From Candidatus Saccharimonadia bacterium (GTDB taxonomy: Bacteria > Patescibacteriota > Saccharimonadia > UBA4664), in contig DATKIP010000093.1 in the NCBI GenBank assembly GCA_035544015.1, forward strand, positions 129,156 to 193,155: DNA of 64,000 bases, read 5' to 3'. Shown piece by piece: positions 52,757-62,637 of this stretch. Within the stretch, counting starts at the first letter, position 1. Each line of letters opens with the position of its first letter. A program made the translations under genes and the position numbers. The notes beneath the pieces are model-generated. The model saw only the letters and a list, made by a program, of their open reading frames with translations. It made no database searches and was not told where the DNA came from.

Positions 52757-53617
52757 ATGCTTTGGATTCTTCTCCTTTCGATCCACCTCATCGGGATCGT
52801 TGGCTACGCGCTCTATTTGCGCAAAAGCGCCCTCAGCTCCATCGACAAGACCCTGCTCGCCGCTCTCATGCAAACGGCGGTGTTTCTGCCCTCCCTCGCG
52901 CTGGCCGCTTACAGCGGGGTTAATCTTCACCTGCAGGCGTGGCAATGGGGCTCGCTGCTGCTCAACGGATTGTTTATCGTAGGCATTCAGTTTTTCGGCA
53001 TTATGGCCCTCAAGTATCTCGAAGCCTCGGTGTTTACGATCATTTTCAGCCTGCGGCTCTTATTTACCACCATCCTCGGTCTAATTTTTCTGGGCGAACT
53101 GCCCACCCAGATACAACTCCTCGGCGGCTTCATCATCTTCGCCAGCATTATCGCCCTCAATCTTCATCGCGAGCGCCGCTACGCCAGCCGCCCGATCGTG
53201 TATGGCGTACTCATCACGTTATTTTTCTCACTCCACGCTACGCTCGAGAAGTTCAATATCGTCAACGTCGGCTTCATGCCCTACATCGTCATCTCCGGCG
53301 GGATCGCTACCGCCATTCTGTGGATTATCGTCTACCGCCGACGCATCCGCCTTCCGCACGTCGTCGCCGCGCTCGACGGCCACACGCTGCAATTGCTCGT
53401 GTTGCGCACCATGTCGGCCTGGGGCTACCTGCTCGCGCTCAAATACGGCTCCTTGGCCGTCACCAATTACGTTTCTGGTATGAGTGTGCCCCTCACGGTG
53501 CTGTTTGGCATTTTCATCCTGCGCGAACGCACCCAACTACGCGAAAAAATCACCGCTACGCTCATTGCCCTCGCCGGACTCACCCTGATTTTGCTCGGCC
53601 GCCTCACTGGCCATTGA
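52757..53617 (+). CDS. EamA/DMT family transporter
   Basis: About 10 TM; ALKYLEAS, LIFLGE, FILRER. Confidence 0.9.
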   Translation: MLWILLLSIHLIGIVGYALYLRKSALSSIDKTLLAALMQTAVFLPSLALAAYSGVNLHLQAWQWGSLLLNGLFIVGIQFFGIMALKYLEASVFTIIFSLRLLFTTILGLIFLGELPTQIQLLGGFIIFASIIALNLHRERRYASRPIVYGVLITLFFSLHATLEKFNIVNVGFMPYIVISGGIATAILWIIVYRRRIRLPHVVAALDGHTLQLLVLRTMSAWGYLLALKYGSLAVTNYVSGMSVPLTVLFGIFILRERTQLREKITATLIALAGLTLILLGRLTGH

Positions 53618-53666
53618 GCTTAGGCTCAAATCGTGCTACGCTAAGCATCGCTTTTTAAGGAAAAAC

Positions 53667-54545
53667 ATGCTCTACGCCGCCCTGATCGGGCACCCCGTCA
53701 ACCACAGTGCTTCGCCGGTCCTCTACGGCGAACTCGCTCGCATGGCCGGCCTCGGACCAAACGATTTTGCCTATCTCAAAATTGATGTCACGGCCCAAAA
53801 CCTCTCCCGCGCCTTCGACCAGCTGGAGCAGCTCGGCTTCATCGGCGGCAACATCACCCTGCCCTACAAAATCGACGCCATGAAGCTAGTGAAGCCCGAC
53901 GAGGCCGCCCAGTTCATCGGCGCCGTCAACACCTACGTGCTGCAGGATGGCCGCCGGCTCGGCTTCAACACCGACTGGCAAGGCGCGTACGGCGCCCTCA
54001 AGCGAGCCGGCGTCACCCCGGGCGGCACCTTCGTGGTACTCGGCACCGGCGGAGCCGCGCGCGCCGTTATCTACGCCGCCAAACAGCTCGGCTTCACCGA
54101 CATCCGCGCCTTCTACGAAGAACCCACCGACGCCAAAACCCAAGATCTCCAGACCCGCGCAGCCGAGCTCGGCATCACGCTCCACCCCTACGACCACCAC
54201 CTCGAATCCGCTCTCGCTACCGCCGCCGTCATCTACAACGCCACCTCCACCGGCATGACCGGCCAAGCCCCGGCCCCATTCGACCTCAACCGTCTCAGCA
54301 GCCTATCACTCAACCACGCCATCGCCGCCGACGCCGTCTTCGAGCCCGTGCAAACCCCGTTTCTCCAGGCCACCAAACAGGCCGGCGCCCGCACCGTCGA
54401 CGGCATCTGGTGGACCCTCTACCAGGGCCACCCGTCGTTCAACCTCTGGACCAACCTCGGCACCGAGCCCACACCAGAGCAACTCGAGCACCTCCACGAC
54501 GTCATGGCCCAGGTCCTGAGCAGCCCCACACCCGCCCGCGCGTGA
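53667..54545 (+). CDS. aroE: Shikimate dehydrogenase
   Basis: GHPVNHSASP, NITLPYK, GAVNT, NTDW.G, GTGGAARA, NATS.GM. Confidence 0.93.
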   Translation: MLYAALIGHPVNHSASPVLYGELARMAGLGPNDFAYLKIDVTAQNLSRAFDQLEQLGFIGGNITLPYKIDAMKLVKPDEAAQFIGAVNTYVLQDGRRLGFNTDWQGAYGALKRAGVTPGGTFVVLGTGGAARAVIYAAKQLGFTDIRAFYEEPTDAKTQDLQTRAAELGITLHPYDHHLESALATAAVIYNATSTGMTGQAPAPFDLNRLSSLSLNHAIAADAVFEPVQTPFLQATKQAGARTVDGIWWTLYQGHPSFNLWTNLGTEPTPEQLEHLHDVMAQVLSSPTPARA

Positions 54546-54594
54546 CGAAAACCCGCATTTTCAGTACAATATACCAGTTATCCAAACGCACCAT

Positions 54595-54670
54595 AGGGGT
54601 GTAGCTCAGTTGGTAGAGCAACGGTCTCCAAAACCGTGTGTCGTGGGTTCGAGCCCTGCCACCCCTGCCA
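54595..54670 (+). tRNA. tRNA-Trp(CCA)
   Basis: acggt-ct-CCA-aa-accgt; GTTCGAGCC; CCA end. Confidence 0.97.
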
Positions 54671-54806
54671 AGTCTTATTTGTATCTGTTAATCGCGCTTT
54701 ATGGCTCGATTTTCTGTTTCTGATAGGGTCTCCTTATCTGTTAGAAGGTTCGAATCCTGGCACTGGGTCAGACAGAACGGATCGAATTTTGGTATTATTA
54801 GCGAAT

Positions 54807-55706
54807 ATGAAAGCCCAAAAAGCATCTCGTGCACCAATCGGCGCGAGCCTGATAGTACTGTCGTCGGTTTTTTATGCCACTTATGGCGTCTGGACAACAC
54901 TTATGGGCGACTTTTTTGGTAGCTTTACGGCTAGCGCTCTACGCTGCGTATCGGTATTAGGTGGTTTAATCGTTGTCGCCATGGTGCGCCGAGAACTGCA
55001 AAAAATTAACTGGCGCCGTGACCGTAAATGGCTAACGACGATGGTTGTTTCATCGATTTTCGTGTCTGCGCCTCTGTATTATGCAGTCTTAAACGCCGGC
55101 ATCGGCATAAGTCTTGCGATTGCTTATATCGGAATCGTCATCGGCATGTTTATATTCGGCTGGCTGTTTGAAAACGAGCGGTTTACTAAGGAAAAACTAG
55201 TAGCAACGATGCTGGGTATACTTGGCCTTGTGCTGGTGTTTTCCCCGAGTATTAAACTGGGCGGCTGGCTTGCGCTTGCCGGCGCACTAGTGGCTGGGCT
55301 AGCGACTGCAGCCAACATGGCGACGACTAAGAAAGTGCCCTATAACGGGTCGCAATCTGCCATATTAGTGTGGGGTTCTGGCGTAATCGCGAATGTGCCG
55401 ATGGCTTTCTTGCTCAGTGAGCCGCTGCCGTCAGTTGGCTGGCACGCACAATGGGGCTACTTATTGTTATTTGCTGTCGCATCTTTGGTTGCTTCATGGA
55501 CATTTATTAAGGGACTGAAGCTCATTGAGGCAGGAGCAGCAGGAATTTTGGGTTTATTAGAAGTTGTGTTTGGTGTGTTATTCGGTGTCATTTTCTTCCA
55601 CGAACGACCTAGTCTAGTAGTTCTGATTGGAATTACTAGTATTGTTGCAGCCGCAGCTATACCGTACTTGCAGCACTACAATGCCCAAAAAGGCACACTG
55701 GATTAA
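54807..55706 (+). CDS. EamA/DMT family transporter (lower GC)
   Basis: About 10 TM; WLFENER, LLEVVFG, FFHERP. Confidence 0.88.
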   Translation: MKAQKASRAPIGASLIVLSSVFYATYGVWTTLMGDFFGSFTASALRCVSVLGGLIVVAMVRRELQKINWRRDRKWLTTMVVSSIFVSAPLYYAVLNAGIGISLAIAYIGIVIGMFIFGWLFENERFTKEKLVATMLGILGLVLVFSPSIKLGGWLALAGALVAGLATAANMATTKKVPYNGSQSAILVWGSGVIANVPMAFLLSEPLPSVGWHAQWGYLLLFAVASLVASWTFIKGLKLIEAGAAGILGLLEVVFGVLFGVIFFHERPSLVVLIGITSIVAAAAIPYLQHYNAQKGTLD

Positions 55707-55829
55707 TCCGAATCCTGGTCTAGAATGTTGCGAATTTCTTCAACATCATCCCAAAAAGTTCGATTCATCATGAGCGCGTTTTTGTTCCAGACCCCCCGGG
55801 CGCAACGTGCGCCAAGGGGGTCTGGAATG

Positions 55830-56543
55830 CTACCGCCACACCCTAATGCGAAAAATCACCTGGTGGGTGTCGGGGTTAACACCCTCGACCCGATACCAAG
55901 CGATGTGGCCGTCCGACGTAAAGAAGCAGAACTGCTCGCCTTGGACCCGGCTCCCCGACGTCAGCGGATTGACAGTTTCGCGCACTTTGGCGCACAACTC
56001 TTGAACCGCTGCCTCCGGCTCAGTCGGCCCGTCAACGGGGTAGACCTTCTCATCAGCGATCGACTGAACCACAGCGCGATCGCGGGGCAAAAATAGGTCG
56101 GTCTCGTTCTGGATGAGGTCCGAAGTGACAACCTGGCCAGTATCGAGGTCGACCGTCTTGCCCGGCAGAATGCTGACCTGGCTATCTAGAATCATCCCAG
56201 CCGGAGGCGAGGGAGTGGGCGCCGAAACCGAAGCAGACACGATTGGCGAGCTGGTGGTCGGACGGGAGTGGTCTGAGGTCGTGTTCGACGCGCCATTTGA
56301 CCAAGACACCCCGATCCACGCCAAGACCAGACCGCCTAGCAGCGCCAAAAGCCACAGCAGTCCTCGCCAGTGAAGCCGCCATAGGCGCGCCACCTCGAAC
56401 GTACTGTAGATCACGATTCCAGCAGCCATAGTCAGGAGCATTGCACGCAGACCGTTCGTAAAAAGAGCCACGATGCCAGCGATAGCGCTTAGGCCGCCGA
56501 TAATGGTGAAGGCTCGCTGACGGGGGCTGGGGGGAGTTGTCAC
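55830..56543 (-). CDS. Membrane protein (3 TM, Ser/Thr/Pro linker, extracellular 2-Cys domain)
   Basis: GTG after SD aaggag; VDLDTG, FCF.TSDG; long 3' hairpin 55785-55827. Confidence 0.72.
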   Translation of the reverse strand: MTTPPSPRQRAFTIIGGLSAIAGIVALFTNGLRAMLLTMAAGIVIYSTFEVARLWRLHWRGLLWLLALLGGLVLAWIGVSWSNGASNTTSDHSRPTTSSPIVSASVSAPTPSPPAGMILDSQVSILPGKTVDLDTGQVVTSDLIQNETDLFLPRDRAVVQSIADEKVYPVDGPTEPEAAVQELCAKVRETVNPLTSGSRVQGEQFCFFTSDGHIAWYRVEGVNPDTHQVIFRIRVWR

Positions 56544-56642
56544 CTGGCACTCCTTGTCCTGGGGTTGGATATGATCACGCTCAATGGTAGCAGTTGAGGC
56601 GAGATGGGGGAAGTGTCTGCTAAGGCCCAATCAGGCCTACCA

Positions 56643-57242
56643 TCACCAATTTAACCCGCCAATATACACATTGCTTGATTTGACCGATGTCGCACCAGCC
56701 ACGACAGTCGCATATGCCATATGGGGAGCCTCACTAGGTGCATAGCTACACGCAAAATCCTGCGCTTCATCGGCGGCCACAGTGAGGGTTTGCGAACAGA
56801 GAGTAGCGCCGGTCTCCTGTCTCGTCACCATCATCGTCACGCTCGCGCTGGCGCTAACGGTTACGGGAAGGGTGAAGGTAATAGTGGGCGGAGTAAAGGG
56901 GTCGAATGTGAGGGTTCCGAGTGTCAGGTCTATGGCAGCGGGAGCCGGCGAAGACGGGGGAGGCGTCGCGGCGGCCACGACACGAGACTCACTACGCAGG
57001 ATGGGCGTGGACAGCAAACCAGTGGTTCGGGTCGGTGTAGGAGTCGAAGTAGGCACCGGCTGCGGTGTGCCTGCCAGCTTATTGGTAAGAGGAGTGGGTT
57101 CTGACTGAGCGTTTTGAGCAGGTCGGTCGGTAGCTGCCCCCTGAACCTGAGCCACAGTACGTCCGGCGGTCTTCGTATGCAGAATAGCGGCAACAACACC
57201 CGTGCCGATAGCCGTAGTCACCAACACCCCCAGCAGGACCAC
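56643..57242 (-). CDS. Exported Pro/Thr-rich protein with a C-terminal beta domain
   Basis: N-terminal hydrophobic helix, PT linker, Cys pair. Confidence 0.65.
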   Translation of the reverse strand: MVLLGVLVTTAIGTGVVAAILHTKTAGRTVAQVQGAATDRPAQNAQSEPTPLTNKLAGTPQPVPTSTPTPTRTTGLLSTPILRSESRVVAAATPPPSSPAPAAIDLTLGTLTFDPFTPPTITFTLPVTVSASASVTMMVTRQETGATLCSQTLTVAADEAQDFACSYAPSEAPHMAYATVVAGATSVKSSNVYIGGLNW

Positions 57243-57406
57243 GAGTTCTCACCTATCTAGCCCGATTATCGCGCAGTTCCCAGGCTTTTGTCGAGTCGCT
57301 GCCAAAATTTCCCCTCACCTGACGGCGGAAGGACCATTTCATGGCTTTACAGCGGCCAAATGAGTGCTCATACTAGTGTCATACATCGAGAAATTCGGAC
57401 ACCAGC

Positions 57407-58639
57407 ATGCCCTCGATACCACACCCTACCCACCCGCGCCAAGCCGACGTCGTCATCATCGGTGGCGGTTCAACCGGCGCTAGCATTGCCCGCGATGCCG
57501 CCCTGCGCGGACTACGCGCCATACTCATCGAAAAAACCGGGCTCGGTGCCGGCACCACCGGCCGTTTTCACGGCATGCTCCATAGCGGGGCACGGTATGT
57601 CGTGAACGACCCCGCCACTGCCAAAGAATGCTTTACCGAAAATCAAATCCTCCGCCGAATCGCCGCACCGGCCATTCACGACACCGGCGGGCTCTTCCTG
57701 GCGCTCGACGACGACGAAGCCGGCCACGGCGACATCCTCACCCAAGCCTGCAATCAGCAAGGAATCCCCATTCGCGATATTTCGCTACCCGAAGCCACCA
57801 AACGCGAACCCCACATCACGCGGAAGCTCAAGCGCGCCCTGGCCGTACCCGATGGTTTCATCGACTCCAAAGTATTACTGCAGCTTCTGCGCCAATCTGC
57901 CGAATCCGCCGACACCCCGGCCACGTTTCTCACGCACCACGAAGTAACCGCTCTTGGCCGGGCCAACCACCGCCTCGAGACCGTTACCGTCCGCGACACC
58001 CAATCCGGTCGGCAATTTGCGATCGAATGCGGCTTCGTCATCAACGCTGCCGGAGTCTGGGCCGGCCGAGTCGGAGCACTCGCCGGCGTCACCATCGACC
58101 TCGTGCTCGACAAAGGCACCATGGTCGTCCTCCAAGATCAGCTCAACAGGGCGGTGCTTAATCGGTGCCGACCCGAAGCCGACGGCGACCTGCTCGTATC
58201 CACCGGTACGCATAGCATCATGGGGACCACCTCCTTGATCGCGCCCGAACCGAGCGTAATCGACAACCCTCAGCCCACCACGGCCGAGATCGAGCTCCTC
58301 ATTCGCGAGGGCGCCCGCCTAGTGCCACGCCTGGCCACCTCACCAATCATCTCCGCCTACTCGGGAGTGCGTCCGCTCTTTAAGACCGCGCAGCCGACCT
58401 CCAAAAGCCAGAGCTCGCGGAACATTCGGCGTAGCTTTACCGTCATCGACCACCAAGCCGCCGGCATCGAAAACTTCATCAGCGTGGTCGGCGGCAAGGT
58501 CACCACCTCGCGGCGCATGGCCGAGGCCGCTATCGACCTACTCTGCGCCAAACAAACCATTACCGCCTCCTGCCAAACCGCCCAAGTACCACTAGCCGGC
58601 CACCCCGTCCCCGCCGAGACCGAGCAATCCCTGTTATAA
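57407..58639 (+). CDS. FAD-dependent glycerol-3-phosphate dehydrogenase (GlpA-like)
   Basis: IIGGG.TG, GTTGR.HGMLHSGARY, INAAGVWA, SGVRPL, GGKVTT.R.MAE. Confidence 0.9.
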   Translation: MPSIPHPTHPRQADVVIIGGGSTGASIARDAALRGLRAILIEKTGLGAGTTGRFHGMLHSGARYVVNDPATAKECFTENQILRRIAAPAIHDTGGLFLALDDDEAGHGDILTQACNQQGIPIRDISLPEATKREPHITRKLKRALAVPDGFIDSKVLLQLLRQSAESADTPATFLTHHEVTALGRANHRLETVTVRDTQSGRQFAIECGFVINAAGVWAGRVGALAGVTIDLVLDKGTMVVLQDQLNRAVLNRCRPEADGDLLVSTGTHSIMGTTSLIAPEPSVIDNPQPTTAEIELLIREGARLVPRLATSPIISAYSGVRPLFKTAQPTSKSQSSRNIRRSFTVIDHQAAGIENFISVVGGKVTTSRRMAEAAIDLLCAKQTITASCQTAQVPLAGHPVPAETEQSLL

Positions 58640-58646
58640 TACCGGC

Positions 58647-59189
58647 ATGAAAATTCTGACTTTTGACGTCGAGAGCAACGGGCTGCACGGGGAAGCGTTC
58701 GCGGTTGCCGGGGTGCTGATGGATTCCGGCCGCGCTATCTTAAGCCAATTCACGAGCCGCTGCCCCATCATCGGTCCCGTTGACCCGTGGGTATCCGAAA
58801 ACGTTCTCGGCCCCATGCAGGGCATGGCCGATACTGCCGCCGACGGCCTCACGATGCGCAACGCCTTTTGGGACTGGTACCACGAAGTCAAAGCCCAGGC
58901 CGACCTCATCGTCGCCGCCAATCCCTACCCAGTAGAAGCCCGTTTTCTCATTGCCTGCCAGGAAGACGATATGCCCGCTCGCGAATTTGACCACCCCTTC
59001 CCGTATTTCGACCTTTCCTCAATGCTCTATACGCTCGGCATCACCACCGCGCCCGATCGCCGCGCCTACTCCGCCGAGGCTAGCAAATCCGATTCCGGAC
59101 AGCCCCACAACCCGCTCTGGGACGCCAAATCCACCGCCATGACCGCTCTCGCAGCCATTGAGCAAGCTGCCGCCAAATTGCCAGCGTAG
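58647..59189 (+). CDS. DEDDh-like 3'-5' exonuclease fold protein
   Basis: TFDVESNG ... FDLSS ... HNPLWDA. Confidence 0.75.
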   Translation: MKILTFDVESNGLHGEAFAVAGVLMDSGRAILSQFTSRCPIIGPVDPWVSENVLGPMQGMADTAADGLTMRNAFWDWYHEVKAQADLIVAANPYPVEARFLIACQEDDMPAREFDHPFPYFDLSSMLYTLGITTAPDRRAYSAEASKSDSGQPHNPLWDAKSTAMTALAAIEQAAAKLPA

Positions 59190-59206
59190 CGTATACTAAA
59201 AGCACC

Positions 59207-59932
59207 ATGAGCCAACCACCGTCCCAGGCCAAACGCGCCAACAGCCGCGTGATGCAGCAAGCCAAAAGCGGCACGGCCCGAGCCGCGCTGCTGGGCGCCA
59301 GCGATGGTCTCGTCACCAACATCTCGCTGATCCTCGGTGTGGCCGGCGCCGGAGCCGGACCGCAGGTGATCCAGGTGGCCGGCTTCGCCAGCCTCATTGC
59401 CGGCGCGCTCTCCATGGCAGTAGGGGAGTACATCTCCATGCGCGGCCAAGTCGAACTGCTCTCGGGCATCCTCAAGCTCGAGCGCGAGCAACTACACAGC
59501 AACCCAGACGAGGTTCACACAGCGCTCCACGAAATCCTGGAGGCCGACGGCGTAGCCGCCAAGACCGCACACCGCGCCAGCCTAGAGGTGGCCGCCGATC
59601 CCGAAAAAGCCATGGCCATGTACGCCCGCGGCAAGCTCGGCATCAACCCCGAGGAGCTCGGCTCCGTCTGGGGCTCGGCCGGCAGTTCGCTCGTCATGTT
59701 CTCGATCGGCGCCTTCGTGCCACTCCTGCCGTGGCTCCTCACGAGCGGCCCGACCGCCATCTGGCTATCCATCGGCCTATCCGCCATCGGCGCGCTAGCC
59801 ATCGGCTCGTACCTCGCCTACACCGCCGGCAGCCGCATGCTTCACTCCGCACTACGCCAGCTCCTCGTGCTCATTATTGCCGCCAGCGCCACCTATCTCA
59901 TCGGCCGGCTCTTTGGCACCCAAATCTCGTAA
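59207..59932 (+). CDS. VIT1/CCC1 family Fe/Mn transporter
   Basis: LGASDGLV, AGALSMAVGEYIS, GAFVPLLP. Confidence 0.95.
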   Translation: MSQPPSQAKRANSRVMQQAKSGTARAALLGASDGLVTNISLILGVAGAGAGPQVIQVAGFASLIAGALSMAVGEYISMRGQVELLSGILKLEREQLHSNPDEVHTALHEILEADGVAAKTAHRASLEVAADPEKAMAMYARGKLGINPEELGSVWGSAGSSLVMFSIGAFVPLLPWLLTSGPTAIWLSIGLSAIGALAIGSYLAYTAGSRMLHSALRQLLVLIIAASATYLIGRLFGTQIS

Positions 59933-59935
59933 ATC

Positions 59936-60412
59936 ATGAAGTTCGCCTCCGCCACCCCACCAACGCCACTCAAAACCGCCATCCTGCGACGACTCAGCTA
60001 CGCGCTAGCCATCTTCACGGCCATACTGGCCGCCACTCAAATCGCAAGCTGGTCCGATTTCGCCAGTATTTTCCAAACCTACCAGCTCGCCAGCGCCCCC
60101 GCTTCGGCCATACTAGCCGGCAGCGTTATCGGGCTCGAATTACTCTCGCTACCGTTTTTGTGCCGGTTGCCTCTTAGCCGCGGCCTGCGCCGGGCCAGTG
60201 CATCCGCCTTCGTGAGCCTGCCGTACCTCTGGACATATCTCGCCACCTCGGCCATCTTCCGAGACCTTGCCGTATCCAATTACGGCCTCTTCGGCACCCT
60301 CATCCCCATCGGCACCTGGCAGCTAGCGCTCGCTATCGAACTCCTATGGATGACGCTTGTAGGCCTCACCTTTGGCGCATTTGGCGGACGCAAGGCCCTA
60401 AAACTGAAGTAG
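59936..60412 (+). CDS. Membrane protein (about 4 TM)
   Basis: Hydrophobic segments; LELLSLPFL. Confidence 0.75.
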   Translation: MKFASATPPTPLKTAILRRLSYALAIFTAILAATQIASWSDFASIFQTYQLASAPASAILAGSVIGLELLSLPFLCRLPLSRGLRRASASAFVSLPYLWTYLATSAIFRDLAVSNYGLFGTLIPIGTWQLALAIELLWMTLVGLTFGAFGGRKALKLK

Positions 60413-60541
60413 ATTCTTGCAAAAATCATATATTTATGCTATTATATAAAATCGTCATGCACAACCGCGCGCGACGTCATCGCACCAACACATCCCAAGC
60501 ACCCACCTACGCGGCCACCCGGCCAAGACAGGGAGAGCACC

Positions 60542-60862
60542 ATGACCGAGACCACTGCCATCAAGGCCGTGACGCCGACCGCCAGCAAGTTCTCCGGCAT
60601 GCAGCCCGGATGGATCTGCTACGCGATCAGCCTCATCGGCTTCGGCAGCGCAGTCATTGCTGCGTTCGCCCTGCTCCTCAACCTGAACCTCCCGAATCCG
60701 AGCGAGCCGGTCAATGTGGCAAAGTTCGGAGCCTGGATCGCCCTCCTCCTGGGCGTCGGCTTCTTCTCCGGCGTCTGTTCGCTCCGCCTGATGATCGAGA
60801 AGGTCATCCAGAACCAGGCCGCGAGCCGCCACCCGGCGACGCCGCCCACCCCAGAGGCCTAG
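60542..60862 (+). CDS. Small 2-TM protein (orphan unit)
   Basis: SD gggag; own AT-rich promoter; 3' GC hairpin 60876-60903. Confidence 0.72.
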   Translation: MTETTAIKAVTPTASKFSGMQPGWICYAISLIGFGSAVIAAFALLLNLNLPNPSEPVNVAKFGAWIALLLGVGFFSGVCSLRLMIEKVIQNQAASRHPATPPTPEA

Positions 60863-61006
60863 CCTCCAACCACAAGGCGGCGGGGCCGAGGAGCTCCGCC
60901 GCCCGGGCGACCGGAATAAGGGCTTGGATGTGTTGGTGCTAAGCTCAACGATTGCGTAATCGTTCTGACGAGTTCAAAAGAACGAAAGCTTAAGTCCCAA
61001 GCCGCC

Positions 61007-62320
61007 CTACGGCGCCAACCGCTTCGTATCCCGCGGAAACAGCGAAGCTTCCTTCACATTATGCAGCCCGATCAGCTCCTGCGTCACGCGCTCTAGCCCC
61101 ATGCCAAACCCACCATGCGGCGGCATACCGTACTTAAACGCGCTCACGAAATACTTGAACCCATCACTCTCCGGGTCGCCTTTCGCCATCTCGCGCAGCT
61201 GCTTCACGAGCCGGTCGTACCGATGCTCGCGCATACTGCTCGTCACCACCTCAATGCCCCGAAACAGCAAATCCGCCCGCACCGCAATCTCCGGATGCTC
61301 ATCGTCGGCCAAGTGATAAAACTTCGCGTCGCGCATCGGCCATTCCGTCACAAACACCGCCTCCGAACCGAGCTCCTTGGCCGCATACTCACAAATCCAG
61401 CGCTCCTCCGCCGGGAACAAATCCAGCTCCTCGCGCGTATTCTCACCCGTAGCCTTCGAGTACAAATCGTGAATCTCACGCATGCTCAGCCGCGGCAACT
61501 CCTTGGTGAGTTTCGGCTTCGTAGCGCCCAAAAGCGTCAATTCCTCACCAGCCTCTTTCCAAGCCGAACCCACCATATGGTTAAGCAACTCACTCAGCAT
61601 AGTCAAAAGCTCGTCAAACGTCACAAACCCCACCTCCGCATCGAGCGAAATGTATTCGCTCATGTGCCGCGTGGTCACGCTCGGCTCGGCGCGATACACC
61701 GGCCCCACCTCAAACACCCGCTCCAGCGCCCCCACCATCATCTGCTTATAAAACTGCGGGGACTGCGCCAAAGTCGCCACCTGCCCAAAGTAATCCGTCT
61801 TAAATACCTCCGCGCCGCCCTCAGTCGCCCCGGCCAGCAACTTGGGCGTGTGAATTTCCGTAAACCCGCGCTCGTCGAAGTATTCACGAAACGCCCGGCC
61901 CACCGCCGCCTGCACCCGAAAAATCGCCCGCTCACTAAGATTGCGCAAATTCAGCGCCCGATACTCAAACAGCGTGTCAAAATTCTCGCTCTTGTGATCA
62001 ATTGCCTTATCGATCTCGATCGGTGGCACATCGCTCACCGGCGAAATCACCACAAGCTCCGGGTCATGGATTTCCACCCCACCCGCCGCGCGAGGTTCCG
62101 CCACCACCGTGCCGTGCACCTCGAGCACCGTGCCAGGGTACAGCCCCTCAAGCTTCTTTTGCTCCGCCTCATCCTTCACCACCATCTGCACCACGCCGTC
62201 GCGGTCGCGCAGCACCACAAACACCAGCGCTCCCAGATCACGGCGCTTGTGCAGCCAACCCTTCACCAATACCTTCTTGCCCGCTTCGGTGGCCAATTCA
62301 CCTGTTAATAATCGCTTCAT
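61007..62320 (-). CDS. aspS: Aspartyl-tRNA synthetase, archaeal-type short form (possibly non-discriminating)
   Basis: GWLH..RDLG, LAQSPQFYKQ, YRAEPS.T.RH, GMPPHGG.G.GLER, FPRD; 437 aa. Confidence 0.95.
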   Translation of the reverse strand: MKRLLTGELATEAGKKVLVKGWLHKRRDLGALVFVVLRDRDGVVQMVVKDEAEQKKLEGLYPGTVLEVHGTVVAEPRAAGGVEIHDPELVVISPVSDVPPIEIDKAIDHKSENFDTLFEYRALNLRNLSERAIFRVQAAVGRAFREYFDERGFTEIHTPKLLAGATEGGAEVFKTDYFGQVATLAQSPQFYKQMMVGALERVFEVGPVYRAEPSVTTRHMSEYISLDAEVGFVTFDELLTMLSELLNHMVGSAWKEAGEELTLLGATKPKLTKELPRLSMREIHDLYSKATGENTREELDLFPAEERWICEYAAKELGSEAVFVTEWPMRDAKFYHLADDEHPEIAVRADLLFRGIEVVTSSMREHRYDRLVKQLREMAKGDPESDGFKYFVSAFKYGMPPHGGFGMGLERVTQELIGLHNVKEASLFPRDTKRLAP

Positions 62321-62340
62321 AAAACTATCTCCTTAGTAAC

Positions 62341-62522
62341 AAAAAATCCCCGCGGTTCCCGAACCAAATCGGAAGCCCGCAAGGACGAAAATTTCGTGGT
62401 GCCACCTTGCTTTGCCGCTCTCGCGGCCTCATTTTACGGCTATTACGGGCCTTCCCGGGGAGTTCTAATCACCAATTTGGCTTTCTTCTCCCAGCTCGTG
62501 CGGTGTCGACCGCGTCATCGCC
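62341..62522 (-). ncRNA. T-box riboswitch with ultrashort Stem I, Asp (GAC) specifier and intrinsic terminator
   Basis: AAGGUGGCACCACG (62408-62395) ... CGUCCUU (62387-62381); Stem I GCGG-UC[GAC]A-CCGC; Stem II, IIA/B and III; U-tailed terminator. Confidence 0.92.
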
Positions 62523-62637
62523 TGTATGCCATTCTTAGCACGGCCCGAGACATTTCTCAAGCCCCCCAAACGTCAAACGCCCCGCCGGTCCCGAAAAATC
62601 CAGGACCGGCGGGGCGTATCGCCCCGACAGCGAATCA

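Noticed and set aside
54636-54806. ORF-track N-terminal extension of the second EamA gene
   Set aside because: It starts inside tRNA-Trp; ATG 54807 is the plausible start.
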